DNA from: an uncultured Candidatus Saccharibacteria bacterium
GTDB lineage: Bacteria; Patescibacteriota; Saccharimonadia; Saccharimonadales; JAGQNJ01
Reading direction: 5' to 3'
NCBI GenBank assembly: GCA_965231045.1
Contig: OZ246406.1
Span: forward strand, 1-50,294
Length of the DNA: 50,294 nt
Both the position numbers and the translations under genes were made by a program. The notes under the pieces are model-generated. The model was not told where the DNA came from. It ran no database searches and worked only from the letters and a program-made list of their open reading frames with translations. Positions 1 through 8,433 of the stretch are shown here, piece by piece. Numbering within the stretch: the stretch's first letter is position 1; each line of letters begins with the position of its first letter.

Positions 1-320
<320 letters not shown>

Positions 321-509
321 CGATCCAGGAATTGCTCACTTAACTGAGTGGTTCCTGGAAGTGTAGTTGACTAGTTATTGGTGTTTATCTATCCAGATAA
401 ATACCCGTTTGTTTAAGATTTACATCTCAAACCCGTGCCAAAGAGCGGGCATCAATCCGAGCGCCTTAGGCGTAGAAGTACCAATTTCTGCGTCATCGAG
501 ACGCAGAAA

Positions 510-622
510 TTGGTGCCCATAGCGAGAGGGAAACACCTGTTCCCATGCCGAACACAGCAGTTAAGCCTCTCAGCGGTTACAATACTTGGGTTTTAACCCT
601 GGGAAAATAGCACGGTGCCAAA
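510..622 (+). rRNA. rrf: 5S rRNA
   Basis: TTGGTG...GCCAA terminal helix; conserved CCCATGCCGAACAC and AGTTAAGC motifs; lies downstream of 23S. Confidence 0.95.
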
Positions 623-630
623 TTATGCAT

Positions 631-660
631 AAGAACCACCTTTAGGGGTGGTTCTTTGCT
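631..660 (+). terminator. rRNA operon intrinsic terminator
   Basis: 10-bp stem AAGAACCACC/GGTGGTTCTT followed by a T-rich tail directly after 5S. Confidence 0.8.
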
Positions 661-661
661 T

Positions 662-686
662 TTAGGAGGGGAACATCCCCTCCTAA
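662..686. terminator. GC-rich hairpin, probable terminator for the convergent minus-strand gene
   Basis: TTAGGAGGGGA-ACA-TCCCCTCCTAA, an 11-bp perfect stem. Confidence 0.5.
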
Positions 687-734
687 CGCGCGGGGGCTGA
701 AATGAATTCAGCTCTCCGGCTGTCCTCCCCTAAA

Positions 735-1472
735 CTAGGAGAGTTCTCTAATAAGGATGTGCAAGACCTCTATGGCTATTTTTGCTTCTTCTGGTTCAAC
801 CTTAAGGCCGCTTCTAATCTCAGCTCCCGGATGTATTAAGTTACGATATTCTCGCACAGAGTGACTTAGTTTAGCAACTCCTTTACCAACTAAAGATTCA
901 TTAACGGCCACCTCAATTAACTCATCCAGATTCCATTTACTTAAACTAGGCGCACTTGGTGCTTTTTCTGAAGCCTTTGCTATTTGCTCGTTCTTTTGCA
1001 GAAGGTCTAAAAGTATAGCTTCAATTGAACCTCCGCTAAGGATAATTGCAGACTTCCAATTTGTTGAAATAATATTTCTTTGCACTTCTAAGTAATCTCT
1101 TTCAAGTATTTTTCGCAAAGAATTTTCAGATATAAAATGGAAGCTTTTAGTATCTGTTACAGGTGTCTGTGAGTCCGTATCGACCCTTACTTTTAGAATT
1201 CCTAAGTTACGACCTATGTGTGCTTGTATCCCATCAGCTCTATAGAAAATGGAACGAACCCCATTATTGTGCGAGAAATAATCCTCTTTGTTAAAAGGGT
1301 TTAGAAGACCTGGTAAATCACTTCTTGCTTGATTTATGAATGCCTCATACTCTTTTACGAGATTTTCCTCAACCATGTGACTGTTTCCTGAGGCTCCTAC
1401 GAAAACACTTTTAATTTCTAAAAGCGCATGATAGTACTCTCGTAACTTATCATGTGAATATTCTTGTGACAT
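735..1472 (-). CDS. Hypothetical protein with C-terminal HEPN/DUF4145-like domain (putative RNase/defence protein)
   Basis: KSAIILSGGSIEAILL helix and REYRNLIHP (Rx6H) motif; TATAAT 6 nt upstream of ATG. Confidence 0.65.
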   Translation of the reverse strand: MSQEYSHDKLREYYHALLEIKSVFVGASGNSHMVEENLVKEYEAFINQARSDLPGLLNPFNKEDYFSHNNGVRSIFYRADGIQAHIGRNLGILKVRVDTDSQTPVTDTKSFHFISENSLRKILERDYLEVQRNIISTNWKSAIILSGGSIEAILLDLLQKNEQIAKASEKAPSAPSLSKWNLDELIEVAVNESLVGKGVAKLSHSVREYRNLIHPGAEIRSGLKVEPEEAKIAIEVLHILIRELS

Positions 1473-1500
1473 AACTAGATTATACGCTCAGGGGCGGGAA

Positions 1501-1524
1501 AGGGGAATTGTTGTGGGGTTACTA
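1501..1524 (+). repeat. Intergenic repeat copy R1 AGGGGAATTGTTGTGGGGTTACTA
   Basis: Direct reading; includes the stop codon of the 1522-2145 gene. Confidence 0.9.
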
Positions 1525-2145
1525 AGGTTCGAGGTAGGCGATGGTGTCAGGTAAGTTGGCTTCTTCTGGCTTATAGATCATGAGGCGTTGGGGTACATCG
1601 CAGTAAGGTTTCGGTAGGGTTTCTAGTATTTTTGGATCAACGTTTTCTACCCAGCCGGCATCTTGGTCAACCATTACATTGCCTTTGGTGCGGTGGTGTG
1701 CAAATGGCCAAAAGCTAGCCACACCGCCAGGCTTTAGAACTCGCCAAACATCATTATAAAAATCAGGCAACTCCTCTGTTAGCAGGGTATTTGGCACGCC
1801 TAGGACTGATACTACTGTGTCAAAGGATTCATCTCTAAAGGGTAGAAGGCCCTGGGCTAAGGCTGCTACTCCACCCAAATGGGCTTCTCTGGAAATTTCT
1901 CGTTCTTTACAGATGTCATCAAATGCCAGCTGAGGGTTAACAGGTACAATTAGTGTTTCGCCAACAAATTCAGGAGCTTCTATAGCAAAGCGATTTGTTT
2001 GGCCACTGCCTATATCTAGCACCCGTTTACCGGCATAGTGATCACCTGACAAACCAAGCATTGCAGCCTGCGCTGCAAAACCAGCATCACTGATGCTAAA
2101 TCTAAAAGCCCGTTCTAGCATTTCGCCTCGAGAAACTTCAGCCAT
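1522..2145 (-). CDS. Class I SAM-dependent methyltransferase
   Basis: RVLDIGSG motif I; LPFRDESFDTVVS and RVLKPGG motifs. Confidence 0.85.
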   Translation of the reverse strand: MAEVSRGEMLERAFRFSISDAGFAAQAAMLGLSGDHYAGKRVLDIGSGQTNRFAIEAPEFVGETLIVPVNPQLAFDDICKEREISREAHLGGVAALAQGLLPFRDESFDTVVSVLGVPNTLLTEELPDFYNDVWRVLKPGGVASFWPFAHHRTKGNVMVDQDAGWVENVDPKILETLPKPYCDVPQRLMIYKPEEANLPDTIAYLEP

Positions 2146-2184
2146 AATTGTAGAAGTCTAACACGCGCTCAGGCTTAAAGCACA

Positions 2185-2209
2185 AGGGGAACTGTTGGGG
2201 CGGCTACTT
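2185..2209 (+). repeat. Intergenic repeat copy R2 AGGGGAACTGTTGGGGCGGCTACTT
   Basis: Direct reading; shares AAGCACAAGGGGAACTGTTG (20 nt) with R3. Confidence 0.9.
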
Positions 2210-2241
2210 CGTGTTGAGGGTGATGGCTCGCTGCTTTATGT

Positions 2242-2832
2242 TCAAGGGCAGGCATTTGCAGCGACACGATCTGGATCACAGAGGCCACTGTTATCGAGAT
2301 CAAAGGGTGGATGGTCTTGTTTGTATTTTACGGCGAATTTATGAAACAAAATAGCTATCAATAGGATTGTAAGAATTACGGCTACGATTATCCTGACCTT
2401 TCTAGAGTAAAACTTACTTGGCATAAAGAGGTTTTTACGATTGAAAAACACGAGTAACAACGCTGTTAGCACACCCATACAAAAACTGATTACTAACAGA
2501 AACGCGATGATTCCGGTTACGCCGTAGTGAAAATAGTCGAAGTTCACATAAAGAAGGTAGGCTAGGCCAATTGAACATAACTGGCTGACCATTATAGATT
2601 GCTCAATCTTTTCAACTAATAATCTGCGTAATGAATACTTGTTTGCGTAAAAAACAGGTAGCATTAACACAACAAAGGCCAGGGCGGCTGATAAAATATA
2701 TCCACCCGCATCATTTACGAAGTTTATTAGCACATAGACAAATATAAGAACACTTGCTGCTATAGCCAAAAATGTGGCTATAAAGCTTAATGACAATGCC
2801 TTTAGAAACAGTTTAATTCCATCTTTTTGCAC
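2242..2832 (-). CDS. Hypothetical multi-pass membrane protein (about 5 TM)
   Basis: Several long hydrophobic segments; start codon uncertain. Confidence 0.75.
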   Translation of the reverse strand: MQKDGIKLFLKALSLSFIATFLAIAASVLIFVYVLINFVNDAGGYILSAALAFVVLMLPVFYANKYSLRRLLVEKIEQSIMVSQLCSIGLAYLLYVNFDYFHYGVTGIIAFLLVISFCMGVLTALLLVFFNRKNLFMPSKFYSRKVRIIVAVILTILLIAILFHKFAVKYKQDHPPFDLDNSGLCDPDRVAANACP

Positions 2833-2877
2833 TATACATAAACGATATCACACAATGCAAAAAGACATATAAGCACA

Positions 2878-2893
2878 AGGGGAACTGTTGTGG
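2878..2893 (+). repeat. Intergenic repeat copy R3 AGGGGAACTGTTGTGG
   Basis: Direct reading; lies between divergent genes. Confidence 0.9.
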
Positions 2894-2948
2894 CGCGGGG
2901 AAACAAAATACTTGTGTTTTCTGAGGCAACTTAGTGTAGACTTGTCTA

Positions 2949-3263
2949 ATGACAAAAGTTACTGATATTTATGAAGGTGGCTCGCACCAGATGAGGCACT
3001 GTGATCCATGTGAAATGCCTGAGGCAATGCAGTCCACAAGAGACCCATCCTACAGCTTGCTAAAACATGTGATTATAGAATCTAGACACTGTGCCTCCGA
3101 TCCAGAAGCCTTGGAATATATTCGAATTCAACTTGAGGCTAGAGGTGCAACGGAGGTTTTTGACGCTGCACAGAAGTGTATTCGTTGTGCTGAAGGCATG
3201 TGCCTTCTCATTAACGGTAGTGAAACAGGCTGGCAAGTAGGTGGATCACTAGCAGTTGAATAG
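2949..3263 (+). CDS. Small Cys-containing hypothetical protein
   Basis: 104-aa ORF with CDPC and CIRC pairs; TAGACT 6 nt before ATG; its TAG stop overlaps repeat R4. Confidence 0.65.
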   Translation: MTKVTDIYEGGSHQMRHCDPCEMPEAMQSTRDPSYSLLKHVIIESRHCASDPEALEYIRIQLEARGATEVFDAAQKCIRCAEGMCLLINGSETGWQVGGSLAVE

Positions 3264-3286
3264 GGGAATTGTTGTGGTGGTTACTA
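3262..3286 (+). repeat. Intergenic repeat copy R4 AGGGGAATTGTTGTGGTGGTTACTA
   Basis: Identical to R1 except one extra T; lies between convergent genes. Confidence 0.9.
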
Positions 3287-3311
3287 CGTCTAGTTGGTCG
3301 GTTCTAGAATA

Positions 3312-3638
3312 TTAGTCGCCGGCTACAAACGGAGCGACTTCTACGGTAGCCATAGCCCCAAGCGCGCCACCAACGACTGCTCCAAGGTATTTACCAACAG
3401 TATCAGCTACTTGTCCAAGTGATTGTTGTTCCGCACCTATTGATGCAAATTCATAGCCTAAGAAAGTGCCACCACCCACTAAACCAGCCCCAACCACAGC
3501 GGTTAGACCGCCTCTGGCTATCTTTACGGCCAGATGTCGACGTGTCTTGGGTTTAGCAGCTTCCTCTGCAGGAGGCTTTACTAAGGGTTCTTGTTTAGGC
3601 GCTTGTTCGCCCTGATTTTCAGTAGTCACATCAGACAC
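3312..3638 (-). CDS. Small membrane protein with two Gly-rich TM segments
   Basis: GGLTAVVGAGLVGGG and GAVVGGALGAMA helices. True start may be GTG at 3629, 7 nt after TATAGT. Confidence 0.7.
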   Translation of the reverse strand: MSDVTTENQGEQAPKQEPLVKPPAEEAAKPKTRRHLAVKIARGGLTAVVGAGLVGGGTFLGYEFASIGAEQQSLGQVADTVGKYLGAVVGGALGAMATVEVAPFVAGD

Positions 3639-3711
3639 TATACAACACCTCTGGATAGATGTTTATTGCTTGTGCCTATTTCTAATTGATTTCAAATAAG
3701 GATGGTAGTTA

Positions 3712-3740
3712 TTGACATAAGCATCACTTGGTGATATCAT
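3712..3740 (+). promoter_or_regulatory. Sigma70-type promoter
   Basis: TTGACA-N17-TATCAT with TGn extension. Confidence 0.7.
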
Positions 3741-3848
3741 AAGCGGAATTCCGGAGATGGAACAGAGGGTCATACCAATTTGGTGTGGCTTTTTTTCTTT
3801 CTCTGGCATCAGAGTGGGCATTTAACACTTAAGTGGGAGGTTTCACCA

Positions 3849-4046
3849 ATGGCTGGAACTAAGCAAGGCGGCAAAGCTGCTGCTTCAACTAACAAAACCA
3901 AGTATGGTGCTGATTTTTATGCAAAGATCGGTGCTATGGGTGGTAAAAAGGGTAAAACTGGTGGATTTTACGCTAACCGTGAACTAGCTCGTGTAGCTGG
4001 TGCTAAGGGCGGACGAATTAGCCGTCGAACTAAGAAAGTTGCCTAA
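3849..4046 (+). CDS. KGG-repeat general stress protein (YciG/GsiB-like)
   Basis: FYAKIGAMGGKKG and RELARVAGAKGG repeats; GGGAGG SD before ATG 3849 (ORF-track start 3780 unlikely). Confidence 0.85.
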   Translation: MAGTKQGGKAAASTNKTKYGADFYAKIGAMGGKKGKTGGFYANRELARVAGAKGGRISRRTKKVA

Positions 4047-4058
4047 GTCGTAACTTTT

Positions 4059-4556
4059 TCAGGCAAACGTCGCTTTCGATACAGAAGGCGACGTTTTTGT
4101 TTGCTTGGTCATTCGATAGGGCCGGCAGAATCGAGATAACGATACAGCCCAGGTTGTACCACAGTTGTAGCAACTGTACTCTCGGTTATTCTGCTGGAAG
4201 CTGCGATTATTACACTTAGGGCAGGCACTTCTCTGGTGAAGCCAATCGCGGTAGGTATCCAGGCAGTCCTCGATGTGGTGATTATCAATCTCGTAGCCAT
4301 AACTCTTACCAATCTCTTTGGCCTTGTTCCAGGCTAGAGCCTCAAGCTGCAGTAACTCTAGATCAGAATCGTACGATCGGTGCTCCAATACAGCGTGTCC
4401 AAGCTCATGAAACAATGACCAGGCACCATTACCTTTGGCAATGGCCTGGCTGTTATAGATAATCTCGTGAGTTTTTGGTGACCAGCAGAATTCCTTGGCA
4501 GCCACAAAGCTGATATCTGGGTAATCACGCCGCAGTTTCTTAAGTAAGCTATCCAT
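4059..4556 (-). CDS. HExxH metallopeptidase-like protein (ImmA/IrrE-like) with C-terminal zinc ribbon
   Basis: FHELGH motif, downstream LE.LAW; CPKC...CYNC. Confidence 0.7.
   Translation of the reverse strand: MDSLLKKLRRDYPDISFVAAKEFCWSPKTHEIIYNSQAIAKGNGAWSLFHELGHAVLEHRSYDSDLELLQLEALAWNKAKEIGKSYGYEIDNHHIEDCLDTYRDWLHQRSACPKCNNRSFQQNNREYSCYNCGTTWAVSLSRFCRPYRMTKQTKTSPSVSKATFA
4065..4098. terminator. Probable bidirectional terminator between convergent genes
   Basis: AAACGTCGCTTTC / GAAGGCGACGTTT stem followed by a T tract. Confidence 0.65.
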
Positions 4557-5361
4557 TGTTTTGTTTTATCAGATCAATACAGCCATAGAGAACGGCTTCT
4601 TCGGCATGCTTGGCCGGCAGAATAGCGGGTAGGGGGTTAACCCCTAGTTTTTGCAGATCTGCTTTTAGAAGATCGCCGTAGCGTTCAAAGTGTTTGCCAG
4701 CACCACCCCCAATAACAACCGCATCAGGATGCTTCTCGCCAATTAAGCGTTTAAGGCCCAAAGCTAGATCATTACTTATCAGTGACCAAGTCTCTACATC
4801 TGTAATATCGGTGGCTTTCTTGCCATAACGCTCTTTGATCGCGCTGCCCGAAACAATAGCCTCCCACTGTACGTTTGGATCGCCATCTTTCTCGACAAAA
4901 ACTTCCAGGCCACCACGATCACGATATTCTGTATCAATTATACCATCCTCGATATAAGCAATGCCAATTCCGGTACCAAGTGTGACATATAATGTCTTTT
5001 TAAAATCATTTTTGATAAGTAATGCTTCGGAAAGACCGCCGGCTTTGGCGTCATTTTCGATAAATACTGGGCAGTTGAGTATGGCCGATACATCACTCTT
5101 TACAGGGGTATTAACCCAAAAAAGATTACCATAACGAATGCCAATGCCGTTCTTTCGGTCAACGTCTCCAGGGATAGCTATACCTGCGGCGCTGAACTTA
5201 TCCACGCCCAACTCCGGTAAGTGCTGTTTGAACAATTCTAAAAACTCCTCATACGATTCGGGGGGTGTTTCAAAGCGTACTTCTTTAATTGGGCTTCCAC
5301 CATCTTCTTCGAAGCTGGCTAGCAGTGTTTTTGTTCCTCCGACGTCTACAGCAAGATACAT
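4549..5361 (-). CDS. ROK family sugar kinase
   Basis: LAVDVGGTK, IENDAKAGGLSE, VTLGTGIG motifs. Confidence 0.9.
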   Translation of the reverse strand: MYLAVDVGGTKTLLASFEEDGGSPIKEVRFETPPESYEEFLELFKQHLPELGVDKFSAAGIAIPGDVDRKNGIGIRYGNLFWVNTPVKSDVSAILNCPVFIENDAKAGGLSEALLIKNDFKKTLYVTLGTGIGIAYIEDGIIDTEYRDRGGLEVFVEKDGDPNVQWEAIVSGSAIKERYGKKATDITDVETWSLISNDLALGLKRLIGEKHPDAVVIGGGAGKHFERYGDLLKADLQKLGVNPLPAILPAKHAEEAVLYGCIDLIKQNNG

Positions 5362-5523
5362 ATTTGTCCCCTCATAGTTAATGTTAGTTTAGCACAAATC
5401 GGGAGCTCTTTACTCTAAGAAGTAAAACAGATATAATACCCAGTAATCTTGTGGGTATCTCTGTTGGCTATTGCCTATATCGGAGTGTCCATCAGAAATA
5501 CATTAGAAGGAGGCATGTAATAC

Positions 5524-6588
5524 ATGTCAAAAAACAGCGTAACTATGGACGACTTGCTGGAGTCCACAACAATTAAACAACTAAAAACCGGAGATGTTAT
5601 CGAAGGTAGTGTGCTTTCTATCAAGAAGCACGAAGCATGGATCGATCTAGGCTCATATGGTCTAGGGATTGTCATGCGTCGCGAACTGAGTGCAGCTAAC
5701 CTCGAAGAGGGCAAGCCTGTAACAGTTAGTGTCGTTGATCCAGAGGTAGACGAAGGCTACGTGCTCCTAAGCATGCGCCGAGCCGCCAAAGACAAGGGTT
5801 GGGATGAACTACAGCGTCAGTTTGAAGCCGGTGAAATCATCGACATCATTCCTTACGATGCTAACAGAGGTGGTTTACTTATTGAAGCTGAAGGTATCCG
5901 CGGATTCTTGCCAGTTTCTCAACTTGCAGCCGGTCACTACCCACGTGTATCAGGGGCCGATAAAGATGAAATTCTACAGAAGCTTAACTCTTTGGTTAAC
6001 AAGACTCTTAAGGTACGAATCCTTGATGTCAACAAGAAGGAGAACAAGCTAATCGTATCAGAGAAAGAAGCTCTAAAAGACGAACTTCAAGATCGTTTTG
6101 CCAAACTTAAGGTTGGCGATGAGGTTGAAGGTGTTATTACCGGTGTTATTGACTTCGGTGCATTCGTTAACGTTGATAGTATTGAAGGTTTAATTCACAT
6201 CTCAGAGATTTCTTGGGAACGAGTTGAAGATCCAAAAGATTACGTTAAGGTTGGCCAACAGGTTAAAGCTAAGATTATCGCTATCGATAAAGATCGCTTG
6301 AGCTTGAGCCTCAAACAGATGAGCGAAGATCCATGGCTACACGAAGTAAAAGCTTTCAAGAAAGGCGATACTGTAGAAGGTAAGATTACTCGAATTACAC
6401 CGTTTGGTGCGTTCGTACAGTTAAGCCCGGCGGTTGAAGCTTTGGTTCACGTATCAGAGATGGGTGACGATGAAAGTATCGACCCAGAGAAGATCTTCCA
6501 ATTGAACGAAAAGAAGAAATTTACAGTACTAGATATTGATCTTGAAGGTCGCAAGATTGCACTAAGCCTAAAGGACAAGAAGAAATAA
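5524..6588 (+). CDS. rpsA: 30S ribosomal protein S1 (short form)
   Basis: Repeated S1 domains (FGAFV...GLIHISE; FGAFV...ALVHVSE); GGAGG SD. Confidence 0.92.
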   Translation: MSKNSVTMDDLLESTTIKQLKTGDVIEGSVLSIKKHEAWIDLGSYGLGIVMRRELSAANLEEGKPVTVSVVDPEVDEGYVLLSMRRAAKDKGWDELQRQFEAGEIIDIIPYDANRGGLLIEAEGIRGFLPVSQLAAGHYPRVSGADKDEILQKLNSLVNKTLKVRILDVNKKENKLIVSEKEALKDELQDRFAKLKVGDEVEGVITGVIDFGAFVNVDSIEGLIHISEISWERVEDPKDYVKVGQQVKAKIIAIDKDRLSLSLKQMSEDPWLHEVKAFKKGDTVEGKITRITPFGAFVQLSPAVEALVHVSEMGDDESIDPEKIFQLNEKKKFTVLDIDLEGRKIALSLKDKKK

Positions 6589-6645
6589 TCCACCTACCAT
6601 AGGGAAACTGCTATGTAATTTACGGATTAAGAAAGGAGGCAAGAA

Positions 6646-8412
6646 ATGGCACAACAGATAGAAATTGAAGACATGATTACCGTCGGTGCGCTTGCCGAGA
6701 AACTCTTAATACCTGTAAGTAAACTGATCAGTGAGTTGTTCAAGAACGGTGTTATGGTCACTGTTAATGAACGGATTGATTTTGATACGGCCGAGATTAT
6801 TGTCGGCGAACTTGATCTGGACGTTGAACTAGTCCGCAAGACCGAAGAGCCAGTGGTTACGTCTCCGAAGGAGCGCCATCAGGTTAGCGATAAAGCGGTA
6901 TCACGCCCACCAGTGGTAGCAGTTATGGGTCATGTTGATCATGGTAAAACATCTCTGTTAGATGCAATTCGCACATCAGAGGTAACCAAGCAAGAGGCCG
7001 GCGGTATTACCCAGCACATCTCTGCTTATCAGATTGAACACAATAAGCGCAAGATCACCTTCTTGGATACACCTGGGCACGAAGCTTTCGCGGCTCTAAG
7101 AGAGCATGGCGCTCAATTAACAGATGTCGCAATCATTGTTATTGCTGCTGATGACGGCATTAAGCCCCAAACCCTTGAGGCGATTCGTTTTGCTCAAAAG
7201 GCCGGGGTTAAGATGATCGTTGCTATGAACAAGATCGACAAAGAAGGTGCGGATGAGAATCGGGTAAAACAACAACTTTCAGAAAACAATTTGATGCCAG
7301 AAGAATGGGGTGGAGATACTATTATTGTTCCTGTTTCGGCTAAGACCAAGAAGGGTATACCTGAACTACTTGATATGGTGCTTTTGGTTGCCGATGTTGA
7401 GGAGCTAAAAGCTGACGAAGATGTGCGAGCTACCGGATTGGTTATTGAATCACACATGGAACAGGGGCGAGGCCCAGTAGCTATTGCTTTGGTTGAAAAC
7501 GGTACTCTTAAGAGTACGGACTTTGTGGTTGCCGGGTCTACTTTTGGCAAAATTCGTAATTTGGAGACAACCGATGGTAAGCCGATTAAAGAAGCTCCAC
7601 CATCTACCCCTGTAATTATTAGCGGCTTTAGGAATCTGCCAGACTTTGGGGACACCTTTAGTGTGGCCGCCAATGAGAAAGAAGCTCGTGCTCTGGCCGA
7701 AGGCAAGGCTCGAACAACTCAGTCAGGTAGCGGCAAGCTTGACATCAACACTAGTAGCCAGCTAATGCATATGATTAATCGTAATATGCAGCTTCAAGAG
7801 CTACCGGTGATTGTTAAAGCTGATGTTCAAGGTTCGCTCACATCTGTAATAGATAGTCTTAAGACTCTTGATAACGATGAGGTGGCAGTAAGAGTTATTG
7901 GAGCTGGTGTAGGGGCTGTTAATGACAATGATATTCATCTGGCCCACAGTGGCAAGGCCGTCATCTATGGTTTTAATGTTAACATGCCAACCAACGTTAA
8001 ACAGATTGCTAATCGCGACAAGGTGCCAGTGCGACTTTACAAGGTTATTTATGAACTTATCGATGATGCAAAAAACGAACTGAGTAATCTGTTAAGCCCT
8101 GAGGTTATTGAAACGGATCTTGGTCGCTTGATAGTTAAGGGGATATTTAAGACTACTAAAACAGAGATAATCTGTGGCGGTGAAGTCACTAAAGGCAAGA
8201 TTACTCCTAACTCATTGGCACGTATCACGAGAGATGGTAAAGAGTTGGGTGTCGCTAAAGTCAGTGGCGTAAAGCGTGGACCACAAGAGGCTAAAGAAGT
8301 AGTCGAAGGTGAAATGTGCGGCCTACAGCTTGAAACTGAGGGCAAACTTGATCTTCTGGAAGGTGATCGAATCGACATCTTCACTAGAGAAGTTGTTGCA
8401 AGAACTCTTTAA
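6646..8412 (+). CDS. infB: Translation initiation factor IF-2
   Basis: RPPVVAVMGHVDHGKTSLLD, GGITQHI, DTPGHEAF. Confidence 0.98.
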   Translation: MAQQIEIEDMITVGALAEKLLIPVSKLISELFKNGVMVTVNERIDFDTAEIIVGELDLDVELVRKTEEPVVTSPKERHQVSDKAVSRPPVVAVMGHVDHGKTSLLDAIRTSEVTKQEAGGITQHISAYQIEHNKRKITFLDTPGHEAFAALREHGAQLTDVAIIVIAADDGIKPQTLEAIRFAQKAGVKMIVAMNKIDKEGADENRVKQQLSENNLMPEEWGGDTIIVPVSAKTKKGIPELLDMVLLVADVEELKADEDVRATGLVIESHMEQGRGPVAIALVENGTLKSTDFVVAGSTFGKIRNLETTDGKPIKEAPPSTPVIISGFRNLPDFGDTFSVAANEKEARALAEGKARTTQSGSGKLDINTSSQLMHMINRNMQLQELPVIVKADVQGSLTSVIDSLKTLDNDEVAVRVIGAGVGAVNDNDIHLAHSGKAVIYGFNVNMPTNVKQIANRDKVPVRLYKVIYELIDDAKNELSNLLSPEVIETDLGRLIVKGIFKTTKTEIICGGEVTKGKITPNSLARITRDGKELGVAKVSGVKRGPQEAKEVVEGEMCGLQLETEGKLDLLEGDRIDIFTREVVARTL

Positions 8413-8433
8413 AAATTATATAATAGGCATATT

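Noticed and set aside
1501-3286. Repeats as classical integron attC sites
   Set aside because: No R''/R' inverted cores or palindromic stem, GTTG(T/G)GG does not fit GTTRRRY, and there is no intI in the window.
1501-3286. Repeats as a CRISPR array (R3 region contains TTCCCCGCGCCA on the minus strand, like part of a type I-E repeat)
   Set aside because: Spacers are 0.4-0.7 kb genes, the 12-nt match occurs once with no second palindromic half, and no cas genes are present.
3776-3789. CCAATTTGGTGTGG as a fifth cassette site
   Set aside because: Lacks AGGGGA and is explained by the leader hairpin.
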